Shown here piece by piece: positions 35,792 to 46,360 of a DNA stretch of 64,000 nucleotides. The notes beneath the pieces were generated by a model that had not been told where the DNA came from, made no database searches, and was given only the letters and a program-made list of their open reading frames with translations. The position numbers and the translations under genes were made by a program. Within the stretch, counting starts at the first letter, position 1. Every line of letters starts with the position of its first letter. The stretch is from assembly GCA_041551965.1 (NCBI GenBank), contig JBFELU010000004.1:1483-65482 (forward strand), in the 5' to 3' direction. Source of the stretch: Acidimicrobiia bacterium (GTDB lineage Bacteria; Actinomycetota; Acidimicrobiia; Spongiisociales; UBA11373).

Positions 35792-35945
35792 TGTTGAGGG
35801 CGTCGCGGTGAGAGAGGACCGTCGAACCCGTCGGTGACACCGGGCACGGCGCACAGCGGCGGTCGCCCCAACAGAACGTTCGCGGTTCGCAGGCGGTCTG
35901 CTCGGCCACGTCGCCCACCCGGGGGGAGCGTGGACGCAGTCGGGT

Positions 35946-37091
35946 TCAGTCGCGACGAACGAAGGCGAGCAGCAGCGCGGCGGAGAGCGCGGCGGCGCAG
36001 GCCGAGACGACGGCATTGACCGCAAAGCCGCCTCGAGCGAACAGGAACGGACCCAGCGCCGCACCGACCGTCCTGCCTGCAGCCATCATCACCTGGATCA
36101 ACGCCAGGTACCGGCTTCGGTCGGCCGGGGCCATCTCCGAGGCCAGCGGGAAGGACGACACGATCGTGAACTCGACCCCCAAGATCGTGACGGCGAGCGA
36201 CGCGAGGCCGGCGCCGAGCACCGTCGACGTCGTTGCGAGCGCCACGAATCCGACTGCCGCCACCCCGAGTCCGACGGCGACCGCACGGCGCTTCCCGAGA
36301 CGGTCGGTGAAGCCGAGGGCGGCGCTCTCCGCCGTCAGTTCCGAGAACCCGATCAGCGCCGCCGCACCTCCCAGGGCCGCGATCGAGAAGGCGAAACGAT
36401 CTTCGAGCCACGCTCCGAAAGCAACCAACGAAGTGTCGGCGGCGGTGCTGAAGAGGAAGGTGACCGCCAACAAGACGGCGGAGTCCCGCGAGAGGCGAAG
36501 CCGATCGCTCGTGGATGCTCGTCGGGTCGGGGGGCGATCGAGGGCCAACGGGACCAAGAGCGCGGCGGTCAACGCGATCGCGGCGAGCACCCAGAAGGGT
36601 GACTGCCAGCCGCGCCGGGCGATCAGCCAGGCAGCCGCCGGGGCACCGGCGAGGAGGGCCCCCGACCAGGTCAACTCCAAGATCGAGAGAGCCCGGGCCC
36701 TCCGTCGGTAGTCGGTTCGCGCGGCGACGTAGGACTGGGCGGCGACGTCGAAGACGGGCTTGGCCAACCCGACCATGGCGAAGCCGATCATGACGGCGGG
36801 GTACGAGCCACTCGCGGCGACCAGCACGGCACCGGCCCCGAGGAGGCCGAGCCCGACCACCGAGAGGCGCACCCGGCGGCGAGCTCGGTCCACGATCCCG
36901 ACGACGGCGGGCGTGGCCATGCCGGCGGCGGCGCGAACCGACAGGAGGAGCCCCGCTCTCTCCAGCGACACGCCCAGCCCGCGAGCGATGACCGGCAAGA
37001 AGGGATACACGAAGCGGAAGGCGGTGTTCACCACGAGGCGAGTCGCGGTCAGGTGGGTGAGGGAGAGCCGGAGGGAGCGGGTCCCGCTCAC
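35946..37091 (-). CDS. MFS transporter
   Basis: GTG start at 37091 overlapping the stop of the upstream phosphatase gene (GTGA). 12-TM MFS pattern. Confidence 0.75.
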   Translation of the reverse strand: MSGTRSLRLSLTHLTATRLVVNTAFRFVYPFLPVIARGLGVSLERAGLLLSVRAAAGMATPAVVGIVDRARRRVRLSVVGLGLLGAGAVLVAASGSYPAVMIGFAMVGLAKPVFDVAAQSYVAARTDYRRRARALSILELTWSGALLAGAPAAAWLIARRGWQSPFWVLAAIALTAALLVPLALDRPPTRRASTSDRLRLSRDSAVLLAVTFLFSTAADTSLVAFGAWLEDRFAFSIAALGGAAALIGFSELTAESAALGFTDRLGKRRAVAVGLGVAAVGFVALATTSTVLGAGLASLAVTILGVEFTIVSSFPLASEMAPADRSRYLALIQVMMAAGRTVGAALGPFLFARGGFAVNAVVSACAAALSAALLLAFVRRD

Positions 37092-37594
37092 ACGTCCAGG
37101 AGGCCGTCGGTGAACAGCCGGGGCGGCAGCAGCCACAACAAGCGGCAGGCACCGGGCTCGATCTGCGGCCACGGCACGAAGGACTCGAGGCCGGCGGCGG
37201 CACCGGTCGGGATGCGGTGGGCACCCCCGCCGACCAGCATCGAGGTGGTCTCCGACCACGTCGGCTCGTGGCCGACCAGCAGGACCCTTCCGACGTCGGG
37301 GGGCACCCCGCGAAGCGCGTACACGACGGCCTCGGGGCCCCCGCCGTAGAGGGCATCGACGACCTCGATCGGCGCCTCCCAATCCCCGGCTTCGGCCGCC
37401 AGCTGGGCGGTGCTCAGTGCTCGCAAGGCGGGAGAAGCGAGAACCAGGTCGGGGTGCTTCATCGCCCCCGAGAGCACCCGTCCCATGGTCTGGGCGGCCC
37501 GAACCCCGCGCGGGCTCAACGGCCGCTCGGAGTCGAAGCCGAAATCGGAATCCCAGTCGGACTTGCCGTGGCGGAGGAGGACGATCTCGGGCAC
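37088..37594 (-). CDS. histidine phosphatase family protein (SixA-like phosphohistidine phosphatase)
   Basis: IVLLRHGKS...RHG/H motif (VGHEP). Confidence 0.75.
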   Translation of the reverse strand: MPEIVLLRHGKSDWDSDFGFDSERPLSPRGVRAAQTMGRVLSGAMKHPDLVLASPALRALSTAQLAAEAGDWEAPIEVVDALYGGGPEAVVYALRGVPPDVGRVLLVGHEPTWSETTSMLVGGGAHRIPTGAAAGLESFVPWPQIEPGACRLLWLLPPRLFTDGLLDV

Positions 37595-37611
37595 GACCAG
37601 ACGCTACCGCT

Positions 37612-38244
37612 TCACACCATGCCGGTCGACAGTGCGAAGAGGATCTGGGCCCCGTAGTAGAGCGGCAGACCCCAGGCCCGATTGACGAATCCGGGAGCCA
37701 CGAAGCGCTGCCGGGCCACGGCCAGGTCCGAGAGGTAGAAGGCGGCGGCTGCGGGGAGGACCGGCCACGGCGCACCTGCGGTGGCGGCCCCGATCGCAGC
37801 GGCGAGCATGACGCTGATGATGGTGATGTAGGCGACGACCGGGACCCTCATCGGGGTGGGGAGATGGGGCCACAGCCAGCGACCCACGAACCCGGCCGCC
37901 GCTCCGATCCCGAGTGCCGCCACCGGGATCCACATCGCATCGATACCCGAGACGGCGAACGCCCCGACGTAGGCGATATGGGACAGCAGAAACGCCGCCA
38001 AACCCGTCAGGAACCATCGCCGGCCCGGGGGGACCAGGGAGACATCGCCGATCCAACCCAGGCACAGCGCCACGAGCACCCACCACCCGTACCCCGAATC
38101 GGTGGCGCCGGCGGCGAGCGCCGTTGCCACGAAGCCGGTGGACGACAGCGCCTTGACCGGGAGCCGCCACCCCGCCTCGCCTCGTTCGGCGAGCAACAGG
38201 GCCGCCACCCCACAGATGGTGAGGACCACCGGCACGATCGTCAT
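37612..38244 (-). CDS. lysoplasmalogenase/YhhN family membrane protein
   Basis: Start MTIVPVV with GGAGGGAGG upstream. ATGA overlap with the upstream gene. Polytopic. Confidence 0.7.
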   Translation of the reverse strand: MTIVPVVLTICGVAALLLAERGEAGWRLPVKALSSTGFVATALAAGATDSGYGWWVLVALCLGWIGDVSLVPPGRRWFLTGLAAFLLSHIAYVGAFAVSGIDAMWIPVAALGIGAAAGFVGRWLWPHLPTPMRVPVVAYITIISVMLAAAIGAATAGAPWPVLPAAAAFYLSDLAVARQRFVAPGFVNRAWGLPLYYGAQILFALSTGMV

Positions 38245-38786
38245 GGGCCGACCTCCCTCCACAGGCTCCCGAAATTGCGGATGAGGCCGTCCTCGCGAAG
38301 CTCCAGCGTCGCTTCGGATTCTCCCGTGCGGTAGCGATAGGTCCGGTCGCCGATGCGCTCGTAGCGCTGCACGATCCGACCGATGTCTCGACCGGGAAAG
38401 CGGACCCAGGCCGCATCGGTGGTCACCTCCTCGCCGAGCGGCGGCTCGAGTCGATTGATGGCGATGATGGTGGTGGCAGGGGTGAACTCCAGGTCGACGT
38501 CGAGGCATCCCTCGATGGCCTCGAGCTCCCTCTCACCTGCCGTCCAACGACCCTCCCCGTCGCTCTGCAGAGCCACGGCATCCCGGCGTCGGTCTCCGTC
38601 CACCCTGATTCCCACCACCCTGGTTCGCCATGCCTCGTCGACGACGATGCTGTAGCGGATCTCGGTGGGGTCTCGCCGGACGGTGAGGAGCACCGTGCCC
38701 GAAAGCCGGCGACCGCCGTCGCCGGTGGGTTCGAGCGTGCTCCTCTCGAGCGAACCCCCCGGGCCGGCCCACAGCGCCGATGGCAT
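38241..38786 (-). CDS. hypothetical protein (possibly glycolipid-binding-like), first gene of a 4-gene coupled operon
   Basis: 181 aa with a coding-like composition. I did not recognise the family with confidence. Confidence 0.5.
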   Translation of the reverse strand: MPSALWAGPGGSLERSTLEPTGDGGRRLSGTVLLTVRRDPTEIRYSIVVDEAWRTRVVGIRVDGDRRRDAVALQSDGEGRWTAGERELEAIEGCLDVDLEFTPATTIIAINRLEPPLGEEVTTDAAWVRFPGRDIGRIVQRYERIGDRTYRYRTGESEATLELREDGLIRNFGSLWREVGP

Positions 38787-38795
38787 GCCGGCAGG

Positions 38796-39911
38796 CTACC
38801 CGGCGTCGAGAGAGGCCACGATGTAGTCGATTGCCGCCAGGAGCCGCTCGACGTCGCCGGGCTCAACGTTCGGGAAGGCGGCGACGCGGAGCTGATTGTG
38901 GCCGAGCTTGCGATAACCCTCCACGTCGACGATGCCGTTGGCGCTGAGGGCTGCGGCGACCGATGAGACCGGTATGTCCGGCACGAGATCGACCGTGGCC
39001 ACCGTGGGGCTCCGATGGGCGGGTTCGCGGACGAACGGCGTCGCGTAGTCCGAGGCCTCGGCCCATCGGTAGACGGTGTCGGCGCTGCCCCGGCAGCGGG
39101 CGGCCGCCTCGGGGATTCCACCTTGGGCCAGGAGCCAGTCGACCTGATCGGCGAGCAGGAACAGCGTGGTCAGCGACGGCGTGTTGAGAGTCTGGTCGCG
39201 CACCGACTCGGAGACCGCGACCGCGAGATCGAGGAAGGGGGGAACCCAGCGCTCGCCGAGCGCCGAGATCCGCTCGAGGGCGGCCGGCGAGAAGAGAGCC
39301 ACCCAGAGCCCCCCTTCCGCGCCGAACGCCTTCTGCGGAGAGAAGTAATAGACATCGAAGTCGTGGGGATCGACTTCGATCGCTCCGGCGGCCGACGTTC
39401 CGTCGACCGCGACGAGACCTTCGGCGGAGGGCCGATCCACGGGCATCATGACCCCGGTCGATGTTTCGTTGTGGGTCAGAGCAAAGAGGTCCACGTCGGG
39501 ATGAGCGTGCGGCTCGGGTCGCGACCCGACCGGGGCTTCGACCAAGACCGGTTCCTCGAGGTCGGGCGCCGCCGCCACCGTCGCCGCAAAACGCTCCGAG
39601 AAGATCCCGAACACGTAGTGCTGACTGCGTCGCTCGATCAACCGGAACACCGCGGCATCCCAGAAGGCTGTGGCACCGCCGTTCCCCAGAACGACCTCGA
39701 ACCCGTCGGGGAGGGTGAACAACTCGGAGAGGCCGCTGCGGATGCGGCGGATCACGGAGCGGACCGGCTCGCGACGATGACTCGTCCCGAGGTAGAGGGG
39801 AGCAGCCACGAGCGCGGCGAGGGCATCGGACCGGATCTTCGAGGGGCCCGCGCCGAATCGTCCGTCGCCGGGACGGAGGCCGTCGGGGAGTCGGATGGAG
39901 GACGGTTCCAC
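38796..39911 (-). CDS. serC: phosphoserine aminotransferase (actinobacterial SerC type)
   Basis: Class-V aminotransferase body. N-terminus [29 protein letters not shown] is typical of the mycobacterial-type SerC. Confidence 0.85.
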   Translation of the reverse strand: MEPSSIRLPDGLRPGDGRFGAGPSKIRSDALAALVAAPLYLGTSHRREPVRSVIRRIRSGLSELFTLPDGFEVVLGNGGATAFWDAAVFRLIERRSQHYVFGIFSERFAATVAAAPDLEEPVLVEAPVGSRPEPHAHPDVDLFALTHNETSTGVMMPVDRPSAEGLVAVDGTSAAGAIEVDPHDFDVYYFSPQKAFGAEGGLWVALFSPAALERISALGERWVPPFLDLAVAVSESVRDQTLNTPSLTTLFLLADQVDWLLAQGGIPEAAARCRGSADTVYRWAEASDYATPFVREPAHRSPTVATVDLVPDIPVSSVAAALSANGIVDVEGYRKLGHNQLRVAAFPNVEPGDVERLLAAIDYIVASLDAG

Positions 39912-39952
39912 GGGCGTAACCTATCTGGTACCGACCCGAAGGAGGGAATCGA

Positions 39953-41147
39953 GATGCCGACCGGTGTGTCCCAGCGACTTGCCGCCATCGAGGAGTCGGC
40001 GACCCTGGCCATCACGGCGCGGGCCAAGGAACTGCGCGCCGCTGGTGAGCCGGTGATCGGATTCGGTGCGGGGGAGCCCGACTTCCCCACACCCGATCAC
40101 ATCGTCGCCGCCGCCGTCGAGGCGTGTCGGAATCCGGCCAATCACAAGTACACCCCGGCGGCCGGCTTGCCCGAGCTGCGCGAGGCGGTCGCAGCAGAGG
40201 CCAAGAAGACCGCCGGCCTCGACGTCGCTCCCTCCCAGGTGGTGATCACCAACGGAGGCAAGGGGGCGGTGTTCGCCGGGCTGGCCGCCCTGCTCGACCC
40301 CGGGGACGAGGTCCTCATGCCCGCTCCGTACTGGGTCACCTATCCGGAGGCGATCGCTCTCGCCGGGGGGGTCATGAAGGTGATCCCCACCGATGTCGAG
40401 GCCGGCTTCCGGGCCAGCGTCGAGCAACTCGAAGCGGCACGGACGCCGAAGACGAAGGCCCTCATCTTCGTGTCCCCGTCCAACCCGAGCGGCGCCGTGT
40501 ACACGCCCGCCGAGGTTTCCGAGATCGGCCGCTGGGCGGTGGAGAACGACGTCTGGGTGCTCTCCGACGACATCTACGACCACCTCGTCTACGGAGACGC
40601 CCGTTTCAGCTCCGTGGCCGCGGTCCCGGGGGCAGAGGAGCGGACCGTCATCGCCAACGGAGTGTCGAAGACGTTCGCCATGACCGGCTGGCGGGTCGGG
40701 TGGCTGATCGGCCCCGAGCCGGTCGCCAAGGCGGTGACCAGGTTCCAATCACACGCTTCCTCGAACGTGGCCAACGTCCCGCAGCGGGCGGCCCTGGCGG
40801 CGCTCACCGGGCCGACGGAGCCCATCGAGGAGATGCGCCGGGCCTTCGACCGTCGGCGGGCCGCGATGACGGAGATGTTGCAGGCAACGCCCGGCGTCAC
40901 CGCCATCGACCCCGAGGGCGCCTTCTACGCCTTCCCCGCCGTCGATGGACTGCTCGATCGACCGCTGCGCGGCAAGCAGGCGGCCACTTCGATGGAACTG
41001 GCAGCCTTGCTGCTCGACGAGATCAAGATCGCCGTCGTGCCCGGCGAGGCATTCGGGGCATCGGGCTACCTCCGCTTCTCCTTCGCGCTGTCGGACGAGG
41101 ATCTCGCCGACGGTCTGCAGCGTCTCGGGGAGCTGGCCGCCGACTAG
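39953..41147 (+). CDS. aspartate/aromatic aminotransferase (class I PLP-dependent)
   Basis: ATG after [21 protein letters not shown] ... [13 protein letters not shown]. Confidence 0.9.
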
Positions 41148-41151
41148 CCGA

Positions 41152-41577
41152 TCAGCGTTCGGTCAGGGCGATGAGTGCCTGCCGGTAGCCGTCGACGCCC
41201 TCGCCGGCGATGGTCACGGCACAGACGTCCGCGATCACCGATCGGGCGCGCCATTCCTCGCGCGCCGCGATGTCACTGATATGGACCTCGGCCGTAGGAA
41301 GCCCGATTGCCTCGATGGCATCGCGGAGGGCATACGAGTAGTGGGTGAGCGCACCCGGGTTGATCACGACTCCGTCGTAACGACCGATCGCACCGTGGAG
41401 CAGATCGATGAGGGTTCCCTCGTGGTTCGACTGGGCGGTCTCGATCTCGCATCCGAGTTCGCGACCCCACGCCCGGCAGCGGTCCTCGAGTTCGGCGAGG
41501 GTGGTCTCGCCGTAGACCGTGGGGTCGCGAATGCCGAGGAGATTGAGATTGGGTCCGTTGAGGACGAGAACCCGCAT
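41152..41577 (-). CDS. aroQ: type II 3-dehydroquinate dehydratase
   Basis: MRVLVLNGPNLNLLGIRDPTVYG...HISD motifs. The start was chosen by counting from the track coordinates. Confidence 0.85.
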   Translation of the reverse strand: MRVLVLNGPNLNLLGIRDPTVYGETTLAELEDRCRAWGRELGCEIETAQSNHEGTLIDLLHGAIGRYDGVVINPGALTHYSYALRDAIEAIGLPTAEVHISDIAAREEWRARSVIADVCAVTIAGEGVDGYRQALIALTER

Positions 41578-41582
41578 GGCGG

Positions 41583-42326
41583 TCAGGTTATCGATTCGTC
41601 GGCACGCAGGGCTTCGGCGGCCCGGAGCGTCGCCGGTTCGAAGTCGGACTCCTCGAGGTCGAAGCGGGAGCCGAAGGCTTCGATCAGGGCCCGGTGAGCC
41701 TGCGGTACCGTGGTGGGTGCCTCGGCGGCGATGGCGCCGGTTGCCTCCGGGTCCCACGGATACCCGAGGGCCGCATAGACCGGCGACAGGGCCTGATTGG
41801 TGAGGTCGATCCGGTCCACGACCACGACGCCGCCCACGTGAGCGGCGCCGGCCACCAGGCGCTGGCCGACGCCCATGATCTTGGTGTGGCCCCGGGCGTT
41901 GACGCTGTACGCCCCGGGGCAGTATTCGCCCGGCACCTCTCCGACCCGAGCATCCACGCCGAGTGACGTCAGGGCCTCGACGACGATTGCCGTGATCAAC
42001 TCGAATCGGGCATGGATGGTTTCACGGGGTCGGGATTCGGGCACGGCCCAGGCGAAGGCGAGCGTGGCCTCGTGGAAGACGGCGGCCGTGCCTCCGGCGA
42101 GCCGTTCGACCGCGGCGAAACCCGAAGCGACGGCGGCCCGCCGTGCTGCGGGATAGCCGGGATCGACGGTGTCGCGCCGGCCGAACGCCACCATGCGCTC
42201 GGGCACGAAGATGCGAAGCGTCTCGGCGATTTCCCCGGCGGCCACTCGATCGAGGATCGCCCGCGACACCGCACCGTCGAGGGGCGCGGCGACGCGTTCG
42301 GTCAGGAGGCGAATGGGCCGGGTCAC
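41583..42326 (-). CDS. biotin/lipoate A/B protein ligase family protein (LplA/LipB-like)
   Basis: BPL_LplA_LipB catalytic-domain-like sequence, including a conserved K in HTKIMGVGQR. Confidence 0.7.
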   Translation of the reverse strand: MTRPIRLLTERVAAPLDGAVSRAILDRVAAGEIAETLRIFVPERMVAFGRRDTVDPGYPAARRAAVASGFAAVERLAGGTAAVFHEATLAFAWAVPESRPRETIHARFELITAIVVEALTSLGVDARVGEVPGEYCPGAYSVNARGHTKIMGVGQRLVAGAAHVGGVVVVDRIDLTNQALSPVYAALGYPWDPEATGAIAAEAPTTVPQAHRALIEAFGSRFDLEESDFEPATLRAAEALRADESIT

Positions 42327-42412
42327 GAGTGCGAGGGTAGGCCCGGAAAGGGATGAACCTCGAACTCGAGCTTGCCGACCATAATCGGAGGGCCGATCCG
42401 TTCGGCGATGTC

Positions 42413-43102
42413 ATGCCACGCTTGATCACCATTGCGCTCATCACCGCATTGCTGGCTTCGGCCTGCGGCAACGCTCTCGACGGCGTCGGGGAGCTGTCGC
42501 GACGGATCGTGCACGGAGACGATGAGGAGATCGCGGTGACGACCGTCGCCGAATCCACCGGTATCGGCCTGAGGGGCATCACAGACCTCGTCTGGTGGAA
42601 CGACGGCCTCGATGGCGGAAACGAGGGCAGGTTGGCACTCATCCGGGAGGTCTGGCAGCGGGGCGACGGGGTGAGTGCCTACGTGCAGGCGAGCCGGTCC
42701 GAGATCGCGGTCGCCCTTCCCGGCGTCGAGTTCCCCAGACTGGCGCCGGAGGCCGTCACCCACGTGACCAGCCAGCTCGTGTACGACCCGCAGACGGGGC
42801 TGCTCGATGCGGCCACGTCGGCCGCGTTCGGGCTGTGGGCGGGCGAGCCCTACGTCGCCCCCCGGTCTGAGGCGCAGCTCGTCGTGCTGCGTGTGGGCCT
42901 GGCCACATCCGGTGAGCAGGAGACCACCGACATCTCGTCCTTCAGCGTGGGGGGCGGGCGCGAGCTGGCGTGGGCGGACGGTGACTACGTGTACCAGCTC
43001 TTCTGCCGCACGGGCATCGGTGAGGCGGCCTGCTTCGCCGTCGCCGAGTCGACGACCCCTCTGGCCGTCCTGACCGTGATCCAGGCCCCCACCGATACCT
43101 GA
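42413..43102 (+). CDS. hypothetical lipoprotein
   Basis: Start at MPRLITIALITALLASACGN (lipobox). Confidence 0.5.
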   Translation: MPRLITIALITALLASACGNALDGVGELSRRIVHGDDEEIAVTTVAESTGIGLRGITDLVWWNDGLDGGNEGRLALIREVWQRGDGVSAYVQASRSEIAVALPGVEFPRLAPEAVTHVTSQLVYDPQTGLLDAATSAAFGLWAGEPYVAPRSEAQLVVLRVGLATSGEQETTDISSFSVGGGRELAWADGDYVYQLFCRTGIGEAACFAVAESTTPLAVLTVIQAPTDT

Positions 43103-43150
43103 TTCGTCGGGACCGCCGATAACCTGGCGCTCCGGCCCTCGCGGAGGTGA

Positions 43151-45049
43151 GTGATCTTCCACAGCGGCGGATGGTGGTCGTACCTCAAGTACGACGAAGA
43201 GCAGGACCGGCCCTCGATCGACCGGGGGCTCCTGGTTCGGGTGGTGCGCTACGCCCGCCCCTACCGGCACCTGTTGCTGATAGTGCTGGGCACGGTCGTC
43301 CTCATCACCGGGGTGTCGTTGCTTCCACCCCTGCTCATGCGCGATCTCATAGACCGGGCGATCCCGGACGAGGACCTGGGTCGCGTCACCTGGCTCGGGT
43401 TGGGAATGGTGGCGGTCCCCATCGTGAACGGCATCATCGGGGTCGCCCAACGCTGGGCTTCGGCACGTGCGGGTGAGGGCATCATCTTCGACCTGCGGAC
43501 GGCCCTCTACGGCCACCTGCAACGGATGTCGCTCGCCTTCTTCACCTCGACGAAGCCGGGGGAGTTGATGTCCCGGCTCAACAACGACGTGGTCGGCGCC
43601 CAACAAGCCATCACCGGGACCCTGGTGTCGACGCTGTCCAACGTCTTCGGCGTGGTGGGCACTCTGGTGGTGATGCTCAACCTGGAGTGGCGGCTGACCC
43701 TGGCCGCGGTGGCGATCCTTCCCCTGTTCATCTATCCCTCCCGCCGTGTCGGCCGCGTGCTGCGCCGTGTGACCCGGGACCAGATGGATGCCAACGCCCG
43801 CATGAACTCGACGCTCAACGAAACTCTGAACGTCAGCGGTGCGCTGCTGGTGAAGTTGTTCGGGCGGTCCCGGGACGAGGATCGGCGCTTTGCGACCCAG
43901 GCTTCCGAGGTTCGGGATCTCGGGGTGCGGCGGGCGCTCATCGGAAGATGGTTCTTCATGGCGCTCGGTGTCGTGAGCGCACTCGGCAGCGCCCTCGTCT
44001 TCTGGTTGGGGGCGGTCCTCGTGATTCGCGGATCGCTGTCTGTCGGCACGATCGTGGCCCTCTCCGCCTATCTGGCGAATCTCTACGGGCCGCTGACCGC
44101 GCTTTCGAACGCCCGGGTCGAGCTGGCGACGTCGCTGGTCTCGTTCGAGAGGGTCTTCGAGGTCTTGGACCTGTCGCACGACATCCGCGAGCGACCCGAT
44201 GCGGAGTCTCCCGACTCGCTGCAAGGCGGTGTCGAGTTCGACGACGTCTCCTTCGACTACCGGGCCGCGAATCCCGCCGGCCTCGATCACGTCAAGCGCT
44301 TCTCGTGGTTCACGCCGCTCGATCGTCCGCCGGACGGTGAGGCGCCGGCTCCTCCGACCGGCCGGACCATGGCACTGCAGGGCCTCGGGTTCTCGGTACG
44401 CCCGGGCGAGCTGGTGGCCCTCGTTGGTCCCAGCGGCGCCGGGAAGACCACGGTCACCTATTTGATCCCGCGTCTCTACGACGTGACCTCGGGCCACATC
44501 AGGATCGACGGTCGCGACGTTCGGGACCTCGCGCTCGACACCCTGGCTGCCGGCATCGGTGTCGTCACCCAGGAGACCTACCTGTTCCACGACACGATCG
44601 CGGCCAACCTCAGGTACGCCCGACCCGACGCCCATCCCGAAGCGTTGGAGGAGGCCTGCCGGACCGCCAACATCCACGACTTCGTGGTATCGCTCCCCGC
44701 CGGATACGACACCGTTGTGGGCGAGCGCGGCTATCGGCTTTCGGGAGGCGAGAAACAGCGAATCGCCATCGCCCGGGTGATCCTGAAGGATCCCCGCATT
44801 CTCATCCTGGACGAGGCCACCGCCCACCTCGACGCTCACTCCGAGGCCCTCATCCAGGAGGCACTGGAACGGGTGATGGAGGGACGGACCTCTTTCGTGA
44901 TCGCCCACCGGCTGTCGACGATCCTGGCGGCCGATCGCATCCTCGTGCTCGACGAGGGCCGCCTCGTTCAGCAGGGCACCCATCGCGAACTGGCCCAACG
45001 ACCCGGGCTGTATGCCCGGCTCTACGAGACGCAGTTCGCGGGCGTGTGA
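43151..45049 (+). CDS. ABC transporter, fused permease/ATP-binding exporter (MsbA-like)
   Basis: GTG after GGAGG. Six TM helices plus an NBD (GPSGAGKTT, LSGGEKQR, ILILDEAT). Confidence 0.85.
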   Translation: MIFHSGGWWSYLKYDEEQDRPSIDRGLLVRVVRYARPYRHLLLIVLGTVVLITGVSLLPPLLMRDLIDRAIPDEDLGRVTWLGLGMVAVPIVNGIIGVAQRWASARAGEGIIFDLRTALYGHLQRMSLAFFTSTKPGELMSRLNNDVVGAQQAITGTLVSTLSNVFGVVGTLVVMLNLEWRLTLAAVAILPLFIYPSRRVGRVLRRVTRDQMDANARMNSTLNETLNVSGALLVKLFGRSRDEDRRFATQASEVRDLGVRRALIGRWFFMALGVVSALGSALVFWLGAVLVIRGSLSVGTIVALSAYLANLYGPLTALSNARVELATSLVSFERVFEVLDLSHDIRERPDAESPDSLQGGVEFDDVSFDYRAANPAGLDHVKRFSWFTPLDRPPDGEAPAPPTGRTMALQGLGFSVRPGELVALVGPSGAGKTTVTYLIPRLYDVTSGHIRIDGRDVRDLALDTLAAGIGVVTQETYLFHDTIAANLRYARPDAHPEALEEACRTANIHDFVVSLPAGYDTVVGERGYRLSGGEKQRIAIARVILKDPRILILDEATAHLDAHSEALIQEALERVMEGRTSFVIAHRLSTILAADRILVLDEGRLVQQGTHRELAQRPGLYARLYETQFAGV

Positions 45050-45055
45050 GGGGCC

Positions 45056-46360
45056 TTGATTAGAGTCGCGGCCGTGATGCGCCTCAAGCTCGCCAGGGCC
45101 TTGGGGAGACTCGCCGGTCGGGCGAGTCGGATGCTGGGAAGGGGGGGATCGGCCTTCCCCGGCCTCGTGGCCTTGCGGATCGACCCGGGTTTGATTCGGC
45201 GGATCGTCGCCGACCTCCCCGAGGGTGTCGTGGTGGTCACCGGCACCAACGGGAAGACGACGACCACGAAGATGCTCGTTCAGATCCTGAGTCGCGCCGG
45301 CAAGAAGGTGGTCACCAATCCGACGGGATCCAATCTCGCCCGAGGCATCGCCGCACGCCTCATCGAAGTCGCCGATGCCCGGGGATCGATTTCGGAAGAT
45401 GTGGCGGTGTTCGAAGTCGATGAGGCGGCGATACGGGCGCTCGGGCCCGAGTTGGCGCCGCGAATGATGGTGGTCACCAACCTGGCCCGCGACCAACTCG
45501 ATCGGTACGGGGAGCTCAACACGACCGCGTCCCACATCCACGCGGCGCTGGAACACACCCGCACCGCCGTGCTCAATGCCGACGATCCGCTGGTGGCGGG
45601 GCTCGCGGGCTCTGCGGCGGAGACCCGGCGTTTCGGTGCCGTTGCGTCGATCCGGGAGCGCATGCCCGACGATCGAAGCCTCTACGGAGCGGCCGGTGAT
45701 GCCGCACCCTCGGGCGATCTCGATCTCACCATCGAAGCGGCCGATCCGGCGGGGGACGGGCTCCGGTTGGTGATGGGGATCGGTGGTCGGTCGCGCATGT
45801 CGGTCGAGCTGCAACTGCCGGGCGTCTTCAATGCCTACAACGCCGCGGCCGCGGCCTTGGCGGCGGTCACCCTCGGCGTCGATCCCGGCGCAGCGGGCCC
45901 GGCTCTCGCGGAGGTCGGGCCGGCGTGGGGCCGGGGCCAGGTGATCCCTTTCCGCGGGCGGAGCGTCCGGCTGCTGCTGGTGAAGAACCCGGCCGGCTTC
46001 AACCAGGCCATCCATCTCCTTCGGGGGGTGCCCGGAGGTGCTCCCATCCTGATCGCCATCAACGACTTGATCGCCGACGGTCGAGACGTGTCGTGGCTCT
46101 GGGATGCCCGGATCGAGGACCTGGCCGGTGCGGGGCACCGGATCGCCACGACCGGGATACGAGCCCTCGACATGGCCGTTCGTCTCAAGTACGCCGGGAT
46201 CGAGGCGTGGTGGGAGTCCGATTTCGGGGCGGCGCTCGACCGGTTCATCGATGGGGTGCCTGAGGGAGAGACCGCCTACATCGTTCCCACCTACACCGCC
46301 ATGCTCACCCTGCTGGAGATGCTGCTCCCCGGCACCCACCGCACGGAGGCCTGGTCGTGA
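45056..46360 (+). CDS. murT: lipid II isoglutaminyl synthase subunit MurT (Mur-ligase-like)
   Basis: VVVTGTNGKTTTTKML P-loop, Mur ligase middle domain, and a C-terminal DUF1727-like region. It is followed by gatD with a GTGA overlap. Confidence 0.8.
   Translation: MIRVAAVMRLKLARALGRLAGRASRMLGRGGSAFPGLVALRIDPGLIRRIVADLPEGVVVVTGTNGKTTTTKMLVQILSRAGKKVVTNPTGSNLARGIAARLIEVADARGSISEDVAVFEVDEAAIRALGPELAPRMMVVTNLARDQLDRYGELNTTASHIHAALEHTRTAVLNADDPLVAGLAGSAAETRRFGAVASIRERMPDDRSLYGAAGDAAPSGDLDLTIEAADPAGDGLRLVMGIGGRSRMSVELQLPGVFNAYNAAAAALAAVTLGVDPGAAGPALAEVGPAWGRGQVIPFRGRSVRLLLVKNPAGFNQAIHLLRGVPGGAPILIAINDLIADGRDVSWLWDARIEDLAGAGHRIATTGIRALDMAVRLKYAGIEAWWESDFGAALDRFIDGVPEGETAYIVPTYTAMLTLLEMLLPGTHRTEAWS

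Noticed and set aside
42323-46339. 1338-aa ORF on the minus strand
   Set aside because: It is antisense to the ABC exporter, murT and gatD genes, all of which have clear family signatures. Its translation is low-complexity (R/G/P/H/D-rich). This is a typical GC-driven shadow ORF.
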